Positions 52,501 through 57,909 of a stretch of 57,909 bases of DNA are shown piece by piece. The notes under the pieces were generated by a model. That model had not been told where the DNA came from and made no database searches. It saw nothing but the letters and a program-made list of their open reading frames with translations. Source of the DNA: Octopus bimaculoides (Eukaryota); the NCBI RefSeq assembly GCF_001194135.2, contig NC_069005.1:76850-134758 (forward strand). The letters are read 5' to 3'. The position numbers and the translations under genes were made by a program. Position 1 is the first letter of the stretch. Each line of letters starts with the position of its first letter.

Positions 52501-52759
52501 TCATATGAGTTTTTTTATTTATCATTCCCAATGCTCCAATTATTATTTGTATTGTTTTTATCTTCATGCTCCACATTTTGAATCCTTCAATTTAGAGATC
52601 ATTGTACTTGGACAATTTCTCCACTTTTTTGACAATATTTTGATCAGAAACGACTGCTATGTCTGTCGGTCAGAACCCTTCTGTCTCTACTTTGAGTCCT
52701 GAGCTTCTTAACTGTAGTTAGGATTTTACTTTGTCTATTTCATTTTTGTTTAGTATAGA

Positions 52760-53045
52760 CCATTCTATAAGGAGTGAAAGGAGAACGCTTGCTGAGTATT
52801 TGATAAATAGTGATGAAGACTTGCTGCAATATGCCGCCAATGATATGGGTGTAAATGCAGACGAAATAATGGAGAAGGAAGAGTTTAACCATAGAACTGA
52901 GGAGAAGAGAACAGAAAACCTTCTTGAAATGAGAATGCATGGACAGTTTGAAAGGAATACACAGGACGTCAAGGATACTACAGCATCGTGGGCATGGGTT
53001 GAGCGAGGCGTTTTGAAACATACCCCGAAAGTTTTACGCCAGGTT
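52760..53045 (+). mobile_element. R4/Dong-like LINE, post-RT region fragment
   Basis: ORF 52731-53063: ENLLEMRMHGQFERNTQDVKDTTASWAWVERGVLK matches the xxMHGQF...SWxWLxxGxLK motif. Confidence 0.75.
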
Positions 53046-54063
53046 AAAAATATTACTTTGTAAATTTAAGAATGCGATACAGTATGCTGGTAGTTTACAT
53101 GAATACACCTTTATTTAGAATTCATGATAAATATTCACCTTCCTATTAAACTAAAAGTTTATTTACGAGTTCATTTCTTTCAAATTTTCAGGGACTAAAA
53201 TTTATTTCTGACAAAAAAAAAAACAATGAAAGAAAAAATGTCATCGACTATTTCCATTAAAAATCTCACTGAATACAGACATGGCCGACTAAGTTTCTTA
53301 TATAAAGAATAATTCTTTGGATACTAACGAAAATTCCTGGCAACACTTTCAGTGACAACCTGACTAACGGGCTGTAACAGAATATCATAAACGTGTGTTG
53401 TTTCATTAATTACGAGTATGTTCTTCAATTGCCATCACATAATAGCGTATGTCAGCATTATTAGACAATCTCGATCCGTCGATCTACTTCTGTTATGGAA
53501 TACCATTAATCTCTTAGTATACTGTTGATCCTGTGACCAGAACAGATGTGGCGAGTGCATAAATTGGTTTAATTCTTGTGGTGGTCACCCTACAATGCGT
53601 CCCCGTAAATTAGAGTAAATCTGTGCTGGTGATGTATTTAACAATATATTAGCTATATTCCCCAATGTCTATCCAATCATAATTCATTTGTGATCGTTGA
53701 ATAGCTTATTATGGTTTTTTTTTTGGGGGGGGGGTTCTTTTTACAATTTGCGTTCAAAATATTTTCATCACTTTATGGCAAACATAAAAAAATATCGTCA
53801 GCATATGTGTGTTTCCTTGTATGTATATATATATATATATATATNNNNNNNNNNNNNNNNNNNNNNNNNNNNNNNNNNNNNNNNNNNNNNNNNNNNNNNN
53901 NNNNNNNNNNNNNNNNNNNNNNNNNNNNNNNNNNNNNNNNNNNNNNNNNNNNNNNNNNNNNNNNNNNNNNNNNNNNNNNNNNNNNNNNNNNNNNNNNNNN
54001 NNNNNNNNNNNNNNNNNNNNNNNNNNNNNNNNNNNNNNNNNNNNNNNNNNNNNNNNNNNNNNN

Positions 54064-54255
54064 CCAGATTACAAGTTCAGGTTTATGCCTGTAATTATTA
54101 TGGCACTGGGATACGTAAAACACTGCCTAAATACCAATCTTGAGAAATTAGTCTTTTTAAAACCAGAAAGGAAAAAGACGATTCGAAGACTACAGATCCA
54201 ACGCATTACTGGAACTGTAAAAATCTGTAAAACTTTCCATAAGTTTATCATTTAA
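54064..54255 (+). mobile_element. R4/Dong-like LINE C-terminus (end of restriction-like endonuclease)
   Basis: PDYKFRFMPVIIMALGYVKHCL..LVFLKPERKKTIRRLQIQRITGTVKICKTFHKF* matches PxxIGAxG..P..L...LQ...xGTVKICKTFLxF. Confidence 0.75.
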
Positions 54256-55402
54256 GTATATATGAGCATGTCTGGATATGCAAGTATACGCATAAGAAGA
54301 CATACGTAAAACAAAACATACAAATTTGCACGTATACATACATGCATACACACACACATACATACATACAAAAATACCCTGCTGTTGATGTTGAAATTCC
54401 AATGAAGGAAGCTCGGATCTAGGCTCTTTCTCTATTGGCCAGAAACGTTGAAATAAAACTGAATAATGACGCATACATAATACATACGTACATATACATA
54501 CACGCACACAAACTCACACACATGCACGTATATATAATGCATGTGTATATTTAAACAAGGGGCGGGCATGTAGAACTGACACGACAACAACGAAAGTAAA
54601 GGGTAACGAAATATTTTGCTTATCGAACACTTTCGTTATTTAAACCTTTTACTAGTGTTGTATATCGTTTCGACCTTTTGATAATAGAATGATGTCGTCA
54701 ATATCTCCACGGATATAACATCATTAATAATGGCTTTACATTGATAAGCTCGATGGAAATTGCCTGTGAAGTAGCGATAGATTTTAGCGTGAATATTCAA
54801 ACAAAACTATAAGGGTTTTATGGTAACAATAGAAACGATGCTTGTTTAACATATGTAAAGAATATTAAGACTATTTGCTAAGCATTTTAAAACTAATTAT
54901 TCAACAATAGGTTGTTCCCGGTGTCAAAGTAATTACGGTTGAATAGTATGAATCTAATAGAATAACTAGATTTAATTATCAACATCTGACTGATAATTAT
55001 TCTATTTGATATTATTCACCTCGTTACGGGTTCATAAACTAACGAGGCTGAAGAATTTTTGGCAAACGATTAGAAATTCATTAAAAATGATTCTTTGATA
55101 GTTGAAGTGAAATAAAGTACTCCCACCCTAAACCTATATACACAGTGAACATTGAGTGTTTGATGTGCTGAGCAGAGTCAAATCGGGACGATACGAGGCA
55201 TGAATTTACGATGAGTTACAGGACATCTGGTAAAAGATATCAGTCAGTGAATATGAATATGAATTAGTAGGAGAGGGTTTCGGAGAGGGGGGGGGACCTG
55301 AATATTTTTCGGGACATTTGTTCGACTAAAGATGGTGATCACAGGTTAACTCAACTCTACCTGGACACGTATCATTCAAGTACCCGATTCTCTCAAGAAC
55401 CC

Positions 55403-55437
<35 letters not shown>

Positions 55438-55439
55438 AA

Positions 55440-55538
55440 GGCGGCGAGCTGGCAGAAGCGTTAGCACGCCGGGCGAAATGCTTAGCGGCATTTCGTCTGC
55501 CGCCGTGTTCTAAGTTCATATTCCACCGAGGTCGACTT
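55440..55538 (+). mobile_element. SINE family A head (first 100 bp or so), well preserved
   Basis: ggcggcgagctggcagaagcgttagcacgccgggcgaaatgcttagcggcatttcgtctg...aagttcatattccaccgaggtcgactt. Confidence 0.9.
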
Positions 55539-55542
55539 GTCA

Positions 55543-55918
55543 CCCTGGAAGCAAGGTCGCTTGCTGAATGACCTCAGATCGCTAGGTTTGGCTGTGATAG
55601 CAGCCAGTGAGACCAGGATATTCAACACACGCGATCTTGCACCCATTTTCGACGATTATGAAATCTATGCACCACTTAGTTGACCCAGAATGGGAGGCGG
55701 GGTCAGTGCTGTTTAGGAAAGGCCTGGATCTCGAAAGTTCGGGCAATCTTCCTGGACCCGGAAAGTAAGTTGGTGGCCCTGGACGTGAGCGACAGTGAAG
55801 GTCGTGCTTTTAGATTAGTCGCTGTCTACGCCTCACAGGGGCGGGGCAGCCAGATTTCTTCAGATGTATGGAGGTTTTCCTTGGGACGTCGCGCTCTTTA
55901 ATGTTAGTGGGTGACTAA
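55543..55918 (+). mobile_element. L1/Tx1-type LINE apurinic endonuclease (APE) fragment
   Basis: KQGRLLNDLRSLGLAVIAASETR...GGGVS...FLDPESKLVALDV...FRLVAVYA...DFFRCMEVFLGTSRSLMLVGD*N shows the ET, GV, VYAP and GDxN APE motifs, with stops and frameshifts. Confidence 0.88.
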
Positions 55919-56949
55919 CATAATGATGATGATGATGATGATGGTGATTTCTTATTACATGAAGATATTTCGCTACTGCCCCTGCCGCTCCCCAAGCTTT
56001 CAGTCAAACTGTAACATCTCTTATCCTTCACTTGCTCCCAGACGCTGTGTGTGTCTCGACAAGTGATTGTAACAAACATGCAGATTAAAAGCATAATAAT
56101 AATAATAATAATGATAATAATAATAATAGTAATCATCTTAAGAAATGTATTATCTGTCTGAGGTCCTTATTGTGACTTGACAGATGACTAAAGACTCCAG
56201 TGCATTTTTACCTACAGTGTTACCAAGAAATAATAATAATAATAATAATATTTGCCTAAAGAGAAATAACTCCTCAGATTTATGGGGCTGATACTTGTGA
56301 AGGGAAGATCAATTTTTCATAACATGGCATAAACATTTCAAAGCAGATATTCCTTTATGGCTTCTAACAAATCATTCTATACTTTAAACCACATAGCAAT
56401 TATTTAGAAAAAGGTATGGTAAAGTATATATGTTGTATCATGTGTGTATGTGTGTGTATGTGTGTGTGTGTTAGAATATATAGACGAGGTGGGGGGGGGG
56501 GTTTAATATTTTCTGCAAGCATTATATATTTAATATAAAAATGAGTGATAAATGACAAGGCATCAGACCCAGACACATAAACAGGACACAAGCAAGTAGA
56601 CAAGATATATCTTTCTATATACAGAGACGCATATCTTCCGATTTCTATAAAGATGAAATAGGAAATTTAAATAGAAATTCGTAATAATTCGTAATTTCAA
56701 AGTTCAGAGACAACTAATGTGAGTGTGATAGACAATCGAAAAGTGCTATTGGAAAAACCATTAACAGATTATGGAGACTTAATTAATAATATGCAAAATT
56801 ATGAGTATTATTATCATCATCACCATCATGATCATCACTAATTTACGTTCAGACACAAAACTTCATAAATTTGCGTTTATTATCGGCCACTATTTCGCCA
56901 AATCTTCGTAAAGACATCCACAGAGATTAAATTAACAAATAGATCATTA

Positions 56950-57240
56950 CCTTATCTTTACTTTGCTTCAGTCTTTAGAGTGCGACCATGGTCCAGCACA
57001 GCTTTAAAGAGAGTACCTGAGCAAGTTGACTCGAGTACTTTTTTTCCTAGTCTAGTATTTTTATCAGATTCTTTTACCGAGCCATTAAGTAATAGAAACG
57101 AAAACAAACCAACACCAATTGTCAAACATGAACACACACACACACGACGAGGAACTGTAGAAAACACTTGCTGAAGTTGTCATACACTGGAATTGAACAC
57201 AAAACCACAAGATTGCAACAGAGCTTCTTAATGAAAGCTT
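56950..57240 (-). mobile_element. Degenerate SINE family B, reverse orientation
   Basis: tttactttgcttcagtc...cttttaccgagccattaagt...tagaaaacacttgctgaag...ggaattgaacac. Confidence 0.65.
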
Positions 57241-57394
57241 GATGAACAATAATTTCTAACAAAAACACGAGGCCAGAAATGCTTGTTGTGGTTGAGAGCG
57301 GGGATAATCGATTATATCACACCCAGTACGTGACTGTTACACACACACGCATACGTACATATATATAATCAAAATAAGTAACAGGATATCAAGT

Positions 57395-57483
57395 AGTGAT
57401 GCAGTACGACTGTTTCAAGGGGCTCCATTTAATTGAGCAATGCAATCATTACATCAATTTAAATGCCATGCCATCTTCAGCTG
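57395..57483. repeat. Dispersed repeat copy, inverted relative to 7675-7765
   Basis: About 80% identity to the reverse complement of 7675-7765. Confidence 0.8.
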
Positions 57484-57858
57484 TACAAAAAAGGAACAGA
57501 ATTTTAACAAGTAAAACACATTCATATAATTTTTCTCAAATATTTTAACAGTGTAAGTCAATAGAAGAGATTCATGTTGTCACTATTGTAGCTAAGAATA
57601 GACTACACTTCCAAGGATCACATGAAGCCTATTGGGGTCATAGTGTTGTAAGAGATTGTAATTCATTTCTAATTCATTTATCTGTTTGTCAATTACTAAA
57701 TCTAAGACTAGAAAACTGTGTCTATTTTGAATAAAAGACAATCGTGAGTTGATAGCTCATGGCTAGGTATTGTCATAAATACTATCATATGTATCCGTTT
57801 TCCGGACTGACTTGGTGCTTCAATTTAGATACCTAATTCAACTGAATCTCAATTATTT

Positions 57859-57909
<51 letters not shown>

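Overview
AT-rich eukaryotic genomic DNA from a draft assembly. It has 11 N-gaps totalling about 5.1 kb, nearly all bordered by microsatellites. The SINE and transposon families look like those I recall from octopus genomes; this is an inference and no search was run. I cannot support any intact protein-coding gene, and almost every long entry in the ORF track is a microsatellite or gap artefact. The window is an intronic or intergenic collection of decayed transposons. DNA-element remnants are three mariner, one Tc1/maT-like, one Chapaev3-like and one Helitron/PIF1 fragment. Retroelement remnants are two Penelope, one RTE, one R2/Hero-like, two R4/Dong-like and one L1/Tx1 endonuclease fragment. 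There are also more than 15 copies of three tRNA-derived SINE families and the 3' half of a tRNA-Gly(TCC). The best-defined object is a 597-bp MITE at 13135-13731 with perfect 37-bp GG-terminal TIRs and an 8-bp TSD (Merlin-like). It also has a second internal inverted repeat and a central (TTAGGG)n tract. Several short minus-strand segments have strong splice sites but no coherent ORF, which weakly suggests a spliced transcript crossing the window.
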